Shown one piece after another: positions 37,534 to 52,050 of a DNA stretch of 64,000 nucleotides (position 1 is its first letter; every line of letters starts with the position of its first letter). The notes beneath the pieces are model-generated. The model was given only the letters and a program-made list of their open reading frames with translations, was not told the origin of the DNA and ran no database searches. Origin of the DNA: Mobula hypostoma (taxonomy: Eukaryota); contig NC_086097.1 in NCBI RefSeq assembly GCF_963921235.1, positions 117,306,001 through 117,370,000 on the forward strand, written 5' to 3'. Position numbers and translations under genes: made by a program.

Positions 37534-38679
37534 TATGTCTTTTGGTACATCTGGTGAGTATCAACCATATCTTCAAGTTTACTTCAGAGTTCTGTGTTCG
37601 CACAAGCAGCGAGGGTAGCATGGACAAAATGTTGTGCTTTTCCACGGGGGTGGGGTGGGGTGGGGTGGGGCTCGGGGCGAATGTTTTATGAGTGGTAATA
37701 ATCAGTGTCAATGGCTGGCTGACGTCAACAGGATTCCCAACCTGCTGTGGTTTGAACTCAAAAGGCACCATATCAACAGATATACCTGAGTATAACCTCC
37801 CCCTGAAGTAATTCTCATGTTAAGCAAAAGACCAGGAAAAGATAAAAAGAAAACATTATGTGCTTAAAACCCAAGAATATATACTCTGCAATCAATCTGC
37901 CACTTCTTTGCCACTGAATTCATGATGCTTTTTTTTTGTATTTTCTCTCGTTTAAAACTCTTGTCACTCTGAAGTTTTAAATGTATTCTTAAAACACACA
38001 CACATAGAAACAAATAACTACTACACAGGCTCCTGTTTGAGTATACATGCATCCCAAACAGTCAGTATCCACATTTCACAACTGGTGGCTCAGTCTCACC
38101 AAATTACCTAATACCATCTACTAGCTTACATACATAGACACACACACTCCATACTTTAAAATATACCTGCTCAACTCTCTGAAATGTTCTTTGACACTTT
38201 GTGATCCCGTGGCTGTTGACCTGAAAAGATCTATGTTTTGTGTGCTACTCTTAAAAATATTCACCTTCCTGGTCTACTAAGGTTGCTGGCAACATTATGG
38301 GTCTCAACCTTATCCCTGATGAACCCCCATATGTTGTATCTGACTAAAACTAAGCCACGTGGAAGCTGTAACTGGGAAATATGAAAATCTTTATTCCACA
38401 GCAGGCCTCCAAGAAAGGGAGCATTCAGAAGGATCCAAGACAACCTCATTCTCCTGACTCAATGTTTTATACTCACTCAATATAAAGACAATAATAAATA
38501 ATTAACTCCAGTTTCAGTTGTTATCATTTTCTACTTAACTTTAACATTTGGAAATAGACAGGTAAATTTGCAGAATTACACATTTGCAATGGCAATACAT
38601 CCCAAGCAACAGAACCCCTTTGAATATTCAGTACTGGCCTCTGTTCCTAAACATTCTCAATAAAAGCTCCTTACATCAA

Positions 38680-41600
38680 AAATATAAGGCCATGAGATCA
38701 TCAGATCTAAGAGCAGAATTAGGACATTTGGCTCATCAATTCTGCTCTGCCATGTCATTGTGGCTGGTCTAATTTTCCTCACAGCCCCAATCTCTTGTCT
38801 TCTCCCCATGTTTCTTCATGTCACGACCAATCAAGAATCAATCAACCTCTGGCTTCGATGTACATAAAAACTTGACCTCCCCAGTTGCCTGTGGCAAAGA
38901 ATTCCACAGCTTCACCATTCTCTGACTAAAAAAATTCCTTCTCATCTCCATTCTAAAAGGATGCCTCTCTATTCTGAGGCTGTGTCCATGAGAAACATGC
39001 TCTCTACATCCACTCTATCAGGACTTTCACCATTTGATAGGTTTCAATGAGGTCAACCCTCATTCTTCTGCATTCTAGTGAATACAAGCCCCAAACTATC
39101 AAACACTCTTCATATGACAAACCATTCAATCCTGGGGTCATTTTCATGAACCTCCTTTGAACCCTTTCCAGTTTTGGCATATCCTTTCCAAGATAGAGGG
39201 ACCAAACCAACTCACAATACTCCAAGTGAAGTTTCAACATTACATCCTTGCTTTTATATTCTAGCCCTCTTGAAATGATTGCTAACTTTGTATTTGCCTT
39301 CCTCACCACAGACTCAACCTGTAAATTAGCTTTTAGGGTGTCCTGCACAATGACTCCCAAGTCATTTTGCACCTCAGTTTTTTTTTGTATTTTCCTCCAT
39401 TTAGAAAATAGTTGACCCTTTCATTTCTTCTACCAAAGTGCATGTCCATACACTTCCTGAGACTGTGTTCCATGTGCCACTTCTTTCCCCGTTCTCCCAA
39501 CCTGTCTAAGCCCTTCTGTTGCCCCTCCATATCCTCAAAACGACCAACCGCTACAACAGTCTTCATATCATCTGCAATGTTTACAGCAGACCCATCAATT
39601 CCATCATCCAAATCATTGACATATAACCTAAAGAGAGGCAGTCCCAACACAGACGTCTGTGGAAAATCTGTAGTCACCAGCAGCCAGTCAGAAAAGGTTC
39701 ACTTTCTTTCCGTTCTTTGCCTCCTGCCAATCAGCTACTGCTTTATCCATGTTAGAATATTTCCTGTAATACCATGGGCTCGTAGCTTTTTAAACAGCCT
39801 CATGTATGACACCTTGTCAAAGGCCTTCTGAAAATTCAAGTACAACAACATCAACTGATTCTTCTTTGCCTACCCTGCTTGTTATTTCTTCAAAGAATTC
39901 CAACAGATTTGTCAGACAAGATTTTCCTTTAAGGAAACCATGTTGACTATGGCCTATTTTGTCATGTACCTCCAAGTACCCTGAGAACTCATCCTTAATA
40001 ATTGACTCCAACATCTTCCAACCACTGAGGTTAAACTAACAGGCCAATAGTTTCTTTTCTTCTGCCTCTCTCACTTTTTGAAGAGTGGAGTGACATTTGC
40101 ATTTTTTAATCTTCCAGAGCCATTCCAGAATTAATGATTCTTGAAAGATCATTACTAATGCCTCTATGATCTCTTCAGCCATCTCTTTCAGAACTCAGGT
40201 GTGTACACCACCTGGTCCAGGTGACTTATCTACCTTCAGACCTTTTGGTTTTCCAAGAACCTTCTCTGTAGTTATGGTAAATTCACACACTTCATGACCC
40301 CTGACACCTGGAACTTCCACCATACTGTTAGGGTCTTCCACAGTGAAGACTGATGCAAAATATTTATTCAGTTCATCCACTATTACATTGTCCCCCATTA
40401 CAACCTCTCCAGCATTGTTTTCCAGTGGTCAGATGTCAACATTAGCCTTTCTTTTACATTGTATGTATCTGAAGAAACTTTTGGTATCTTCTTTAATATT
40501 ATTGGCTAGCTTACTTTCATATACCATTGTTACCTTCTTAATGACATTTTTAGTTGCCTTCTGTTGGTTTTTAAAAGCTTCCCAGTCCTTTTTTGAATAA
40601 CTTTTCCTCTTTGGATTGTTTATATCCTGTGCTGCCCGAATTGCTTCCAGAAATTCAAGCTATTGCTGCTCTGCCATCATCCCTGCCAGTGTTCGATCAC
40701 ATTATAAGACCATAAGACCATAAGATGTAGGAGCAGAAGTAGGCCATTCAGCCCATCGAGTTTACTCTGCCATTCAAACATGGGCTGATCCAATTCTTCA
40801 AGTCATCCCCACTTCCCTGCCTTCCTCCCATCCCCTTTGATGACCTGGCTCATCAAGAGCCTATCTATCTCTGCCTTAAATACACCCAATAACTTGGCCT
40901 TCACAGGCTGCTCATGGCAAAAAATTCCACAGATTTACCACCCTTTGACTAAAGTAATTTCTCCGCATCTCAGTTCTAAATGGAAGTCTTTCAATCCTGA
41001 AGTCGTGCCCTCTTGTCCTAGACTCCCCTACCATGGAAAATAACTTTGCCATATCTAATCTTTTCAGGCCTTCTATCATTCTGAATGTTTCTATGAAATC
41101 CCTTCTCATTCTCCTGAACTCCAGGGAGCACAGCCCAAGAGCTTCCAGACGTTCCTCATATGGTAATCCTTTCATTCCTGGAATCATTCCCGTGAAGCTT
41201 CTCTGAACCCTCTCCAATGTCACTATATCCTTTCTAAAATAAGGAGCCCAAAACTGCACACAATACTCTAAGTGTTGTCTCGTGAGTGCCTTATAGAGCC
41301 TCAGCATCACATCCCTGCTCTTATATTCAATACCTCTAGAAATGAATGCCAACATTGCATTCACCTTCCTCCCCACTGACTCAACCTGGAGGTTAACCTT
41401 TAGGGTATCCTGCACAAGGACTCCCATGTCCCTTTGCATCTCTGTATTTTGAATTCTCTCCCCAGCTAAATAATAGTCTGCCCATTTATTTCTACCACCA
41501 AAGTGCATGACCATACATTTTCCAACGTTGTATTTCAGTTGCTCCTTCTTTACCCATTTCCCTAAACTATCTATGTCTCTCTGCAGACTTTCTGTTTCCT

Positions 41601-44600
41601 CAACACTACCCACTCTTCCACCTATCTTTGTATCTTTGGCAAATTTAGCCACAAATCCATTAATACCATAGTCCAAATTATTGATATACATCATAAAAAG
41701 CAGAGGTCCCAACACCAACCCTTGTGGAACTCCACTGGTAACCAGCAGCTAGCCAGAATAGGATCCCTTTATTCCCACTCTCTGTTTTCTTCCAATTTGC
41801 CAATGCCCCACCCATGCTAGTAACTTCCCTGTAATTCCATGGGCTCTTATCTTGTTTAGAAGCCTCATGTGCGGCACCTTGTCAAAGGCCTTCTGAAAAT
41901 CCAAGTACATCACATCTACTACATCTCCTTTGTCTATGCTGCTTGTAATTTCTTCAAAAATTGCAGTAGGTTTGTCAGGCAGGATTTTCCTTTCAGGAAA
42001 CCATGCTGACTTTGGCCTATCTTGTCATGTGCCTCCAGGCACTCCATAATCTCATTCCAACAATTGATTCCAACAACTTCCCAACCACTGATGTCAGGCT
42101 AACAGGACTACAGTTTCCTTTCTGCTGCCTCCCACCCTTCTTAAATAGTGGAGTAACATTTGCAATTTTCCAGTCATCTGGTACAATGCCAGCATCTATT
42201 GATTCTTGAAAGATCATTGTTAATGCCTCCACAACCTCTCCAGCTCCATCCTTCAGAATCCAAGTGTGCATTCCATGAGGTCCAGGAGATTTATCCACCC
42301 TCAGACCATTAAGCTTCTTGAGCACCTTCTTAGTCATAATTTTCACTGCACATACTTCACTTCTCTGACACTGTTGAATATCCGGTATACTGCAAATGTC
42401 TTCCACTGTGAAGACAGATGCAAAATACGCATTCAGTTCTTCTGCCATCTTTGTGTCTCTCATTACATTATCTCCAACGTCATTTTCTATTGGTCCTATA
42501 TCTACCCGCGACTCTATTTTACCCTTTATATACTTAAAAAAGCTTTTAGTATCTTCTTTGCTATTTTCACGAGCTTCCTTTCAAAATTCATCTTTTCCTT
42601 CCTAATGATTTTCTTAGTTTCCTTCAGCAAGTTTTTAAAAGCTTCCCAATCCTCTATCTTCCCACTAGCTTTGGCTTCCTTGTATGCCCTCTCTCTTGTT
42701 TTTACTTTGGCTCTCACTTCATTTGTCAGCCACGGTAGTGCCCTTCTTCCACTCGAAAATTTCTTCTTATTTGGTATAGATCTGACTTGCACTTCTCTCA
42801 TTTTTTGCAGAAACTCCAGCCATTGCTGCTCTGTTGTCCTTCCTGCTAGCGTCCCTTTCCAGCCAACTTTGGCTAGTTCCCCTCTCATACCACTGTAATT
42901 TCCTTTATTCCACTGAAATACCGACACATTGGATTTTAGTTTCTCCTTCTCAAATTTCAAAGTGAACTCGGTCATATTGTAATCACTGTTCCCTAAGGGT
43001 TCCTTAACCTTAAGCTCTCTTTTCACCTCTGGATCATTGCACAACACCCAATCCAGCACAGCTGATTCCCTAGTAGTCTCAATAACAAGCTGTTCGAAAG
43101 ACATTCTTCAAATTCTCTCTCTTGAGGTCCAGTACTAACATGTTTTCTCAATCCACTTTCATGTTAAAATCCCCAGTGATTATCATGACATTGCCCTTCT
43201 GACATGTATTTTCTATTCCCTGCTGTAATTTGTAATTCACATCCTGGTTGCTGTTTGGAGGCCTGGATACAACTGGCATTTGAGTCCTTTTACCCTTGCC
43301 ATTTCTTAACTCGCCCCCTAGAGACTCTACACCTTCCAATCTTATGTCATCTCTTTCTAATGATTTAATATTATTTCTTATACACAGGGCCACACCACCC
43401 CTTCTGCTTACTATCCTATCTTTCTAATACACTGTATATCCTTGGACGTTCAGCTCCCAATGGCAGCCATCCTTTTGCCAAGTTTCAGAGATGGCCACAA
43501 CGTCATACTTGCCAATCTGTAGCTGAATTTCAAGATTGTCCATTTTATTTCTTATGCTGTGTGCATTCAAATATAACACTTCCAGTCCATTATTTGTTGC
43601 TCTCTGTTTTAACTGTACTATCCCTGTAACTCATCCCACTGGCTGTGATTATGTCTCATCTCCTGCCTGTCCTTTCTATCATCTCTGTTGCACACTATCT
43701 TTGATTTATTACTGTTTTCCCCTTCCTCAGCCCTATCATCCCCCTGCTAAATTAGTTTAAGCCCTCCCTTACAGCGCTACTAAACCTGCCTGCTAGGATA
43801 TTGGACCCCTTTGGGTTCAGGTGTAACACATCCTTTTTGTACAGGTCATACATCCCCAGAAGAGGGCCCAGTGATCCAGAAATCTGAAGCCCTGACCCCG
43901 ACATGAGTCTCTCAGCCACACATTAATACGCCTGATCATTCTATTCTTGCACTCGCTAGCACGTGGCACAGGCAGCAATCCTGAGATTACTACCCTAGAG
44001 GTCCCTGCCTTTCAACTTCCTACCTAACTCCCTGAATTCTCTCTTCAGGATTTCCCTCCATTTTTCTACCTATGTCATTTGTACCAACGTTACCAAGACT
44101 TCTGGCTGTTCACCCTTTCCCTTCAGAACACTCTGCACCTGATCCAAGACATCCCACACCTTGGAATCTGGGAGGCAACACGCCATGTGAGTATCTCTAT
44201 CAGGCTGACAGAACCTCCTGTCTGTTCCCCTCACTGTGGAATCCCCTATGACTACCGCATTCCTCATCTTCCTCATTCCCTTCTGCACCACAGAACTAGA
44301 CTCAGTACCAGAGACCCAATCGCCATGGTCATCCTCTGTCAGGTCACCCCCTCAACATCATCCACAATGAGATAACAATTACAGAGGGGGATGGCTAAAG
44401 GGGTGTTCTCTGCTATCTTAGCTCTTCCCTTCCCTGACAATCACCCACCTATGTAACTCCTGCAGTCTCAGAGTGACTAGCTCCCAGTAGCTCCTAATTA
44501 TCTCCTGCTCACTTTCCCTAATAAGCTACAGGTCATGAAGCTGCAGCTCCAGATCCCTAACACGATCTCTCAGAAGCTGCATCTCGGTGAACCTAGCACA

Positions 44601-46330
44601 GGTGTGGCCATCTGGAAGACTGGAAGATTCCCAGGATTCCTTCATCTGAAAATCAGAGCAAAGTACTAACCCTACAGACGCGCTCTGTATTCCTCAAAAA
44701 ATACAAGGAAAAGCAAAGTCCGCTTACCCACTTCCGCCGAAGCCCAAGTGAGCCAAAGCGCTACCACTCTGACTCGGACCACTCCAACAATGACTGCTCC
44801 TCTAGGCACTGTCTCCCTTTTAAGCTGGACCCTTCCTTGCTCTCCAACACATGACTGGTGCGACGGTTATAGACGCTACATTGTGATCACTTGCTCCTAA
44901 GGGAGCTGTCTAATTTTTTCAGGTTCATTGCACAACATCCAATCCAGAATAGCTGATCCCCTAGAGGGCTCAACCATGAAATGCTCTAAAGAGCCATCTA
45001 GTAGGCACTTTACAAATTCCCCCTCAAGTAATCGAGCACTAACCAGATTTTCCCAATTTATTTGCATATGGAATTTCCCATGACTATTATAACATTGCCC
45101 TGTTGGCATACATTTTCTATCTCCTGTTATAATTTATAGGCTACGTCCTTACTATTGTTTGGATGTCTGTATACAACTCCTATCAGGGTCTTTTTACCCT
45201 TGCAGTTCCTTAGCTCTATCTACAATGATTCAACACCTTCCGATATCACCTCTTTCAAATAATGTAATTTCATTTTTTACCAACAGAGCAACACTGCCAC
45301 AGCTGACTTCTTGCCTGTCCTTGCAAGACAATGTGTATCCTTGGACATTAAGCTCCCAGCTATAATCTTTCAGCTATGACTCAGTGATGCTTACAACATC
45401 AAAACTGCCAATGTGCAACTGTGCTACATGTTCAACTATCTCATTCTGTATACTGCATGCATTCAGATCCAACACCGTCAGTCCTGTATTCACCCGTTTA
45501 GATTTTGTCCATTTTTTACATTGTGACTCATTCTGTTGACTGCAATTTCCTCACGGCACATTGCCTTTGTAAACCAGCTACCTCATCTTCAGCACTATTA
45601 TCGAACTTTCCTCCGAATCTTCTTGCATTGAAATATACACAGCTCAGGACACTAGTCAAACTATGCTCAGCATGTTGATCCCTGACTTTGTCTGAGCTCT
45701 TACCAAAATCTGCTTCCACAACCTCTCCAATAACTGTTCTGGCACTCTGGTTCCAGTTCCCTGCACTCTATTAAACCCCACCATGCAGCATGAACAAACG
45801 ATTTCCTGTGAGGATATTAGTCCCCCTCCAGTTCAGGTGCACTCCAACCCATCTGTACAGGCTGCACCTTCCCTGAAAGAGAGCCCAATGATCCAAAAAT
45901 CTTATGCCCTCCCTCCTACACCAACTCCTTTGCGACATATTAAACTATATAATCTTCCTAGTTCTCACCTTCTTAGCACGTGGCATGGGTAGCAATTCTG
46001 AGATCACAACCCTGGATGTGCTGCCTTTTAACTTAGCATCCTGAACTCCCTATGCAAAACTTCATCACTCGTCCTATCCACATCATTGGTACTTACATGA
46101 ACCACAACTTCTACTCATCCTCCCAATGAAGAACGCTGAGGATCTGAGATATCCTGGGCCCTGGCACATGGGAGATAACATACCATCTGGGAATCTCGCT
46201 CTCAAACACAGAATCTCCTGTCCACTAATCAGTCCCATTGGTAGCTGGTCAAAGCTCTTCTTGCTGCTGCAACCCGTTGCTACTTTTTTATCCTTGGGTG
46301 GTAGACCTGACTGAAGTCGCCTCCCTTCCA
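38680..46330 (-). mobile_element. Older CR1 LINE (pieces ~38680-40705 and 44878-~46330) split by a younger CR1
   Basis: RT and 3' part on the left, endonuclease and ORF1 remnants on the right; text rejoins at gttcgatcacattat / acattgtgatcact. Confidence 0.8.
40706..44877 (-). mobile_element. Near full-length CR1 LINE (5' UTR, esterase ORF1, ORF2), disabled
   Basis: (TAAGACCA)n tail at the left end, ORF2 fragments, ORF1 AVVIGDSTVRGTDRRFC; flanks ACATTAT / ACATTGT. Confidence 0.88.
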
Positions 46331-46589
46331 AACCTCTGATACCTGGACTGGCCGCTGCTCAAAGGTTCATTTTAATATCAGAGAATGTATACAGTATACA
46401 ACCTGAAATTCTTACTCTTCACAGACATCTACAGGAAAGGAAACCCACGGAATGAATGATAGAAACATCGAAGCCCCTGAGGAATGGCTGCATTCATATA
46501 CAATTAACCAGAAGGATAAGTGACAAATGAGATCTGTCCCAGACTGTGGATGAAGTGGCAGGAATGCACTTTTAGCAATGTGCTAACAA

Positions 46590-46885
46590 TGGTGGCACGG
46601 TGGCATGGCAGTTAGTGCATTGCTTTGCAGCACCAGCTGGGGGTCAGGCCTCCATCCCTGCCGCCGTCTGTAAGGAGCTTGCATGTTCTGTTGTGACCCT
46701 TTCCGCTGCTCCAGATTCCTCGCACATTCCAAAGGGTCAGTAAGTTGTGGGCATCCTATACTGCCCCGGAAGTGTGGCCACTTCGGCACAACCTAGCAGA
46801 ATCCTCGCGGATTTGATTCAGTGCAAAACCACACATTTCACTGTATGTTTTAGTGAACAAATGATGGATAAAGCTAATTTAATCT
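46590..46885 (+). mobile_element. tRNA-derived SINE (V-SINE-like)
   Basis: ggtggcacggtggcatggcagttag head, ctgtaaggagcttgcatgttct core, ataaagctaat tail. Confidence 0.7.
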
Positions 46886-47169
46886 AAATTGTGTTTCCTT
46901 ATGTACGTTCAATGGGACAGAAAATGTTCCACACTCAATGATTGTTTTCATTAACTACAAATGATTAGTTGGATGTTACATTCTGCACAAGCTTTATTTC
47001 GTGAAGATTGGTTCTCATTTGAACCAATCCATAATTATGCTCTCCAACAGCTTTTGCTCTTCAAAGAATGGCCCCTAACAGGGTCCTAGTGAAATCACAC
47101 ATGGAGTTTTCTCTGCAGACTTCTTATCAGAAAATGAATACTTGTTTTAAATGTTCAGGGATGTTTCAT

Positions 47170-49240
47170 TAGACATGCTCCAGGGAGGGCAGGTTTGCCA
47201 TATGAGAAGAGATGGGGTAGATTAGGCCTACCTGGCTAGAAGCTAGAAGAAAGAGGTGTACGTAGTTCTCACAGGCTTGGAAGGTTGGGAACAGAGAGGA
47301 TATTTCCTGTGCTAAGGGGTGAAGAAACAGGGTTACAGTTTGAGAATAAAGGATAGGCATTTTGAACTGAGATAAGGAAAAATTTCTTCACATAGAGGAT
47401 GTGATTCTTTGGAATTATCCATGATGGAGAACTGTAGTGAAGCAGTCATTGAATTAATTCAATAGATTTCTGACTAATGTAGGATTATACACGTACTGTA
47501 GGAATATGGCACATAGACAGAGGATCTGCCTTGATCTAGGTGAATGATGAGACAGGCTCGAAAGCCAAATAGCCTACCCTTGCTCCTGTTTCCTGTTATG
47601 CAGTGTTCTTACATTGTTGTTCATTTGTGCACCTTGTGGCAAATCATGTGGCATTTTTTGCCTTTTATCTGTTTTTTACGAGGCCGTGTTGCTAGCTCGA
47701 CGCTCCACCCAGCACGGATGGAAAGCATGCAAGGATTTGGTACAAGGATTTGGACCCGGTTCACCACCGGCGGCCTGCAGTGTTCTTATCTGTTTATGTT
47801 CCAACAACAGAGTAGGACAGAGATTAAGCAGGTAGAATGTTGCTTCAATCCTGAATCCTGAAGCTATTTGTGTGGAGTTCTCATGTTCTATATTTGACGG
47901 CAGAATTTGTCATGGTCCTCTCACATTCTAGTGTTTTTAATTTTTTAAATTTCATTAACATGCCGCGATCTTCTGGCACTTCAAGTCACGCTTCCCAGAA
48001 ATCCCCCAATTAAATCCATTTACAATGACCAATTAGTCTACCGACTGTGAGAGGAAACTGGAGCACCCGGAGGAAACCCACGCAGTCATGGGGAGAATGT
48101 GCAAATTCCTTCCAGGCAGTGGCGGGAATTGAACCCAGGTTGCCTGTACTGTAAGGTGTTGTGCTAACCACTACGCTACCATGCCTGCTTCAATGTGTGG
48201 ATATGCTGATTAACTAGCCATTGTAAACAGCTTCTAGTGTGCAGCTGAGTGGTAGAATATGTGGGGAGCTGATAGGATCAAGGGGAGAAAAGGTTACAAT
48301 AAACACACTGGGGGAATGAATGAAAAGGGTAAGATATGAGGAGCATTCGATGGCTCTGGGCTGTACTCACTAGAGTTTAAGAGAATGAGGGAAGATCTCA
48401 TTGAAACCTATTGGATATTGAAAGGCCTCTATAGTGGAGGTGCAGAGGGCATTTTCTATAGCAGAAGAGTCTAGGAATGGAGGTATAGCCTCAGGATACA
48501 AGGAGGTCCCTTTAGAACAGATGCAGACAATTTTCTTTAACCAGCGGGTGGTGAATCTGTGGAATTCATTGCCGAAGGTCGCTGTGGATGTCAAGTCATT
48601 GGGTACATTGAATTTGTGGAATTCATTGCCAAATGGCTCTGTGGAGGTCAAGTCATTGGATAAATTTAAAGTGGATGTTGATAGGTTCTTGATTATTAAG
48701 CATGTCGGCGGTTACAGGGAGAAGGCAGGAGAATAGGGTTGAGAGGGATAATAAATCAGCCATGATGGAATAGTAGAGTAGACTCAATGGACTAAATGGT
48801 CTAATTCTGCTCCTGTAAGTTATGGTCTTGTGGAATGGAATTACTCCACAAACTGCAAAGACTTGATAGAGTGCACAGTATAACAGAACTTCACGGCACA
48901 GTACATGCCCTTCGGTCCATGATGTTGTGCCAATATTTTAACCATCTCTGAGATCAATCTAAACCTTCCCTCATACATATCCCTCCATTTTCTTAAATGC
49001 CTCTACCAATACACTTGGCAGAGCATTCCAAACAAGCATCACTCTCTGTGTAAACAAACTGCCTCTAGTGCACACCCCTCCTCATGCTTTCCTCCAATCA
49101 CCTTAAAATTGTGCCTTTTCATATCTGCCATTTCCACCCTGTGAAAACGTCTCTGGCTATTAACACCATCATTTTGTATACCTTATCAAATCACTTCTTG
49201 TCTTCCTTCACTACCGAGAGAAGAGCCCTAGCTTGCTCAA
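47170..49240. mobile_element. Cluster of CR1 3' fragments (+ 47170-47590, + 48325-48830, - 48880-49240) and a minus-strand SINE (~48010-48188)
   Basis: FFNQRVVNLWNSLP motif. SINE minus strand: TAGCGTAGTGG A box, GGTTCAATTCC B box, GGGTTTCCTCCGGGTGCTCCAGTTTCCTC core. Confidence 0.75.
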
Positions 49241-49329
49241 CCAGTGGGCTGAAATGGATCCCTGTATGAAGTAGCGGTGCCAAACTCCACTGGTTTCTAT
49301 CGATGGGGGTGGGTTACAACTGTGCCAGG

Positions 49330-49540
49330 AGGGAGCGTAGTAATGCTTTCCAGCACCAGCAGCTCGGTTTCAGTTTCTGCTGCTGTCTGTAAGGAGTTCG
49401 TACATTCTCCCCGTAACCATATGGGTTTCCTCTTACATTCCAAAGAAGTAGGTGTTCATAGGTTAATTGGTCACATGTCTGTAGTTGGGTAGCACGGGCT
49501 CATTGGACCGGAAGGGCCAGTTACCGTGCAGAATAATAAT
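49330..49540 (+). mobile_element. SINE fragment (V-SINE-like)
   Basis: ctgtaaggagttcgtacattctccccgt...gggtttcctc core. Confidence 0.6.
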
Positions 49541-50319
49541 TTTTTTCAAATGTTGCTGTAAGCAAGGCAAAAATAGCAGAACAATTAACACATTCTTACA
49601 CATTTAAACAAAAATAATTTCATGATATCCTCTGGTGTTGGTGCTCTTTATAACTGGTCATTAACAGGATTCTCTTCAATATTGCTTTTCTTCTTTGTAT
49701 CAACAGAGCATTAGAGTCCCCAAAATTTATCATTAGCACTAATCGTAGACAAATGTTTAATGAATACAATTACCTTTTCAGACCATTTGAGAAGAAGCTG
49801 CAACCTATTTAAAATAAATAGGATAACACTGCATGGAAGCAGGGGACAGGAGAAAGAATATGTTATGTATTCAGCCACTAATATAAAGCAACAGCAAATT
49901 CTAGGCTAGGACATCGAGGGAATTCTCAATGAATTGTTCTCAGACTGTAATCTGACAGTTGGCACCCAGACAATGCTCGTAAAATAAGGTATCTCAAGCA
50001 GTATGGCCAGAACAAATGCTACTCGTTTTAGCTCAGATCTTCACTCATTGCTGTTACTTGCAATACTTTTGGAGCCTTATATGACTCTTAAAAGTTGGAT
50101 GCACCTCATCTTTTGAACTGCTGCAATGGTTTCAACTTTGCACATGGTTTGTCACCTCCTGATACCTCATCTTGCTACTCCACTGTGAAGACTCTACAAG
50201 ATATACCCATATTGAAGGCATTTTCCTCCTCTCTTGAATGGGAGCTTGGCGAGACACTCTCTCGCTGCTCCCTCTCTGTGATTTCTGCTACTCCCCTGTT
50301 GTTTGAGGACATTCACAGC

Positions 50320-50445
50320 CAGTCTAGATGAAGGGTCTTCATTTGAAACTTCCACTGTCCATTTCCCTCCACAGATGCTGCCTTGACCTGCTGAAATCCT
50401 TCAGCACCTTGTCATGCCGGATTCCAAACTCTGCTGCCTTATGTC
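50320..50445 (+). mobile_element. Degraded Penelope-like terminus
   Basis: agtctagatgaagggtct...gaaac...cacagatgctgcc...gacctgctga. Confidence 0.6.
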
Positions 50446-50654
50446 TCCAAGGTCAGGACTGCCTGAGCCAGATTGCAATAGCTGTTAATCCTACCCACAG
50501 AGCAGAGTGACATGGCCGAAAAAGGTAGAGGTGGACTGGTGGAGTGGAAGCTGGGCTCTCCACATTTTTCCCTGACTGTAAAGATAGAGCATAGAGCATA
50601 GAACTTTACAACCCAGTACAGGCCCTTTGGCACCACGATCCTGTGCCGATCTTT

Positions 50655-52050
50655 TCAGAGTCAGAATAAGGTTTAATATCCCTGGCATGTCATGAAATAT
50701 GTTGCTTCGCAGCAGGACATTGCAAAACATAATTTTAAAAAAACTATACATTAAAATAAGACATAGACATAAGAATTAAACATGTGGTGCAAAAAGAGAG
50801 CAGAAAGAACACTGTAGTGAAGTAGTGCACATGGGTTCACTGTCCATTTAGAAATCTGATGGTGGTGGGAAAGAAGCTGTTCCTAAAATGTTGAGTGTGT
50901 GCCTTCAGGCTCCTGTACCACCGAGCTGATGGTGGCAATGAGAATGAGGCATGTCCTGGGTGATGGTGGCAATGAGATTGAGGCGTGTCCTGGGTGACGG
51001 TGGCAATGAGAATGAGGCGTGACCTGGGTGACGGTGGCAATGAGAATGAGGCGTGACCTGGGTGACGGTGGCAATGAGAATGAGGCGTGTCCTGGGTGAC
51101 GGTGGCAATAGGAATGAGGCGTGACCTGGGTGACGGTGGCAATGAGAATGAGGCGTGTCCTGGGTGACGGTGGCAATGAGAATGAGGCGTGTCCTGGGTG
51201 ACGGTGGCAATGAGAATGAGGCGTGACCTGGGTGATGGTGGCAATGAGAATGAGGCGTGTCCTGGGTGACGGTGGCAATGAGAATGAGGCGTGTCCTGGG
51301 TGATGGTGGTCCTTCATGACGGATGCTGCCCTTTGAGGTATCGCCTTTCGGCGACGTCCTCTATGCTGGGGATGCTAGTGCCCAAGATAGAATTGGCTGA
51401 GTTTCTAAATGTCTGCAGCTTTTTCCGATCCTGTGCAGTGGCTCCCCCATACTAGGTGGTGATGCAAAGGGTTAGAATGCTCTCTACGGTACGTCGGTAG
51501 AAATTTGAGAGTCTCTGGTGACATACCAAGCCTCCTCACACTCCTGATGAAATACAGGCACTGTTATGCCTTCTTTGTAATTGCATCAACATGTTGGGCT
51601 CAGGGTAGGTCTTCAGTGATGTTGACTTCCAGTAACATGAAATCGCTCACCCTTTCTACTGGGGATTCCTCGATGAGGACCGGTGTGTATTCCCTCAGCT
51701 TCAGCTTCCTGAAGTCCTCAATTGATTCCTCAGTCTTTTTGGACATTGAGTGCACATTTATTTTCTCAACACCAACCAACCAGCTGATCTACCTCACTCC
51801 TGTCTGCCTTTTTATCACCATCTGAAATTAAATAGTTATGCCAACAATAGTTAAGTCATCGACAAACTTATAGATCATGTTTGAGCTGTGCCCAGCCACG
51901 CGTTTATGAGTGTAGAGAGAGTAGAACAGTGGGATAAGTACTGATCCTTTAATTACGCCAATGCTGATTGTCAGGGAGAAGGAGACATTATTTCCCATCT
52001 GCGTTGTCGGTGACCTCCCAATGAGGCAGTCAATGATCAAGTTGCAGAGT
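50655..52050 (-). mobile_element. Rex1/Babar-like LINE 3' portion, degraded
   Basis: GSVLIPLFYSLYTH...HSSNMIYKFVDDLTIVG; KDHHHPGH...YRSLKAHTQHFRNSFFPTTIRFLN. Confidence 0.75.
50931..51304. repeat. Minisatellite, 11 copies of 34 bp
   Basis: Unit GGTGGCAATGAGAATGAGGCGTG(T/A)CCTGGGTGA(C/T), with copies starting every 34 nt from 50931 to 51271. Confidence 0.95.

Noticed and set aside
50837..51317. Repetitive His/Pro-rich ORFs, or a CRISPR array with 34-bp periodicity
   Set aside because: Head-to-tail tandem repeat with no unique spacers and no cas genes, in a vertebrate context; the ORFs are by-products of the repeat.
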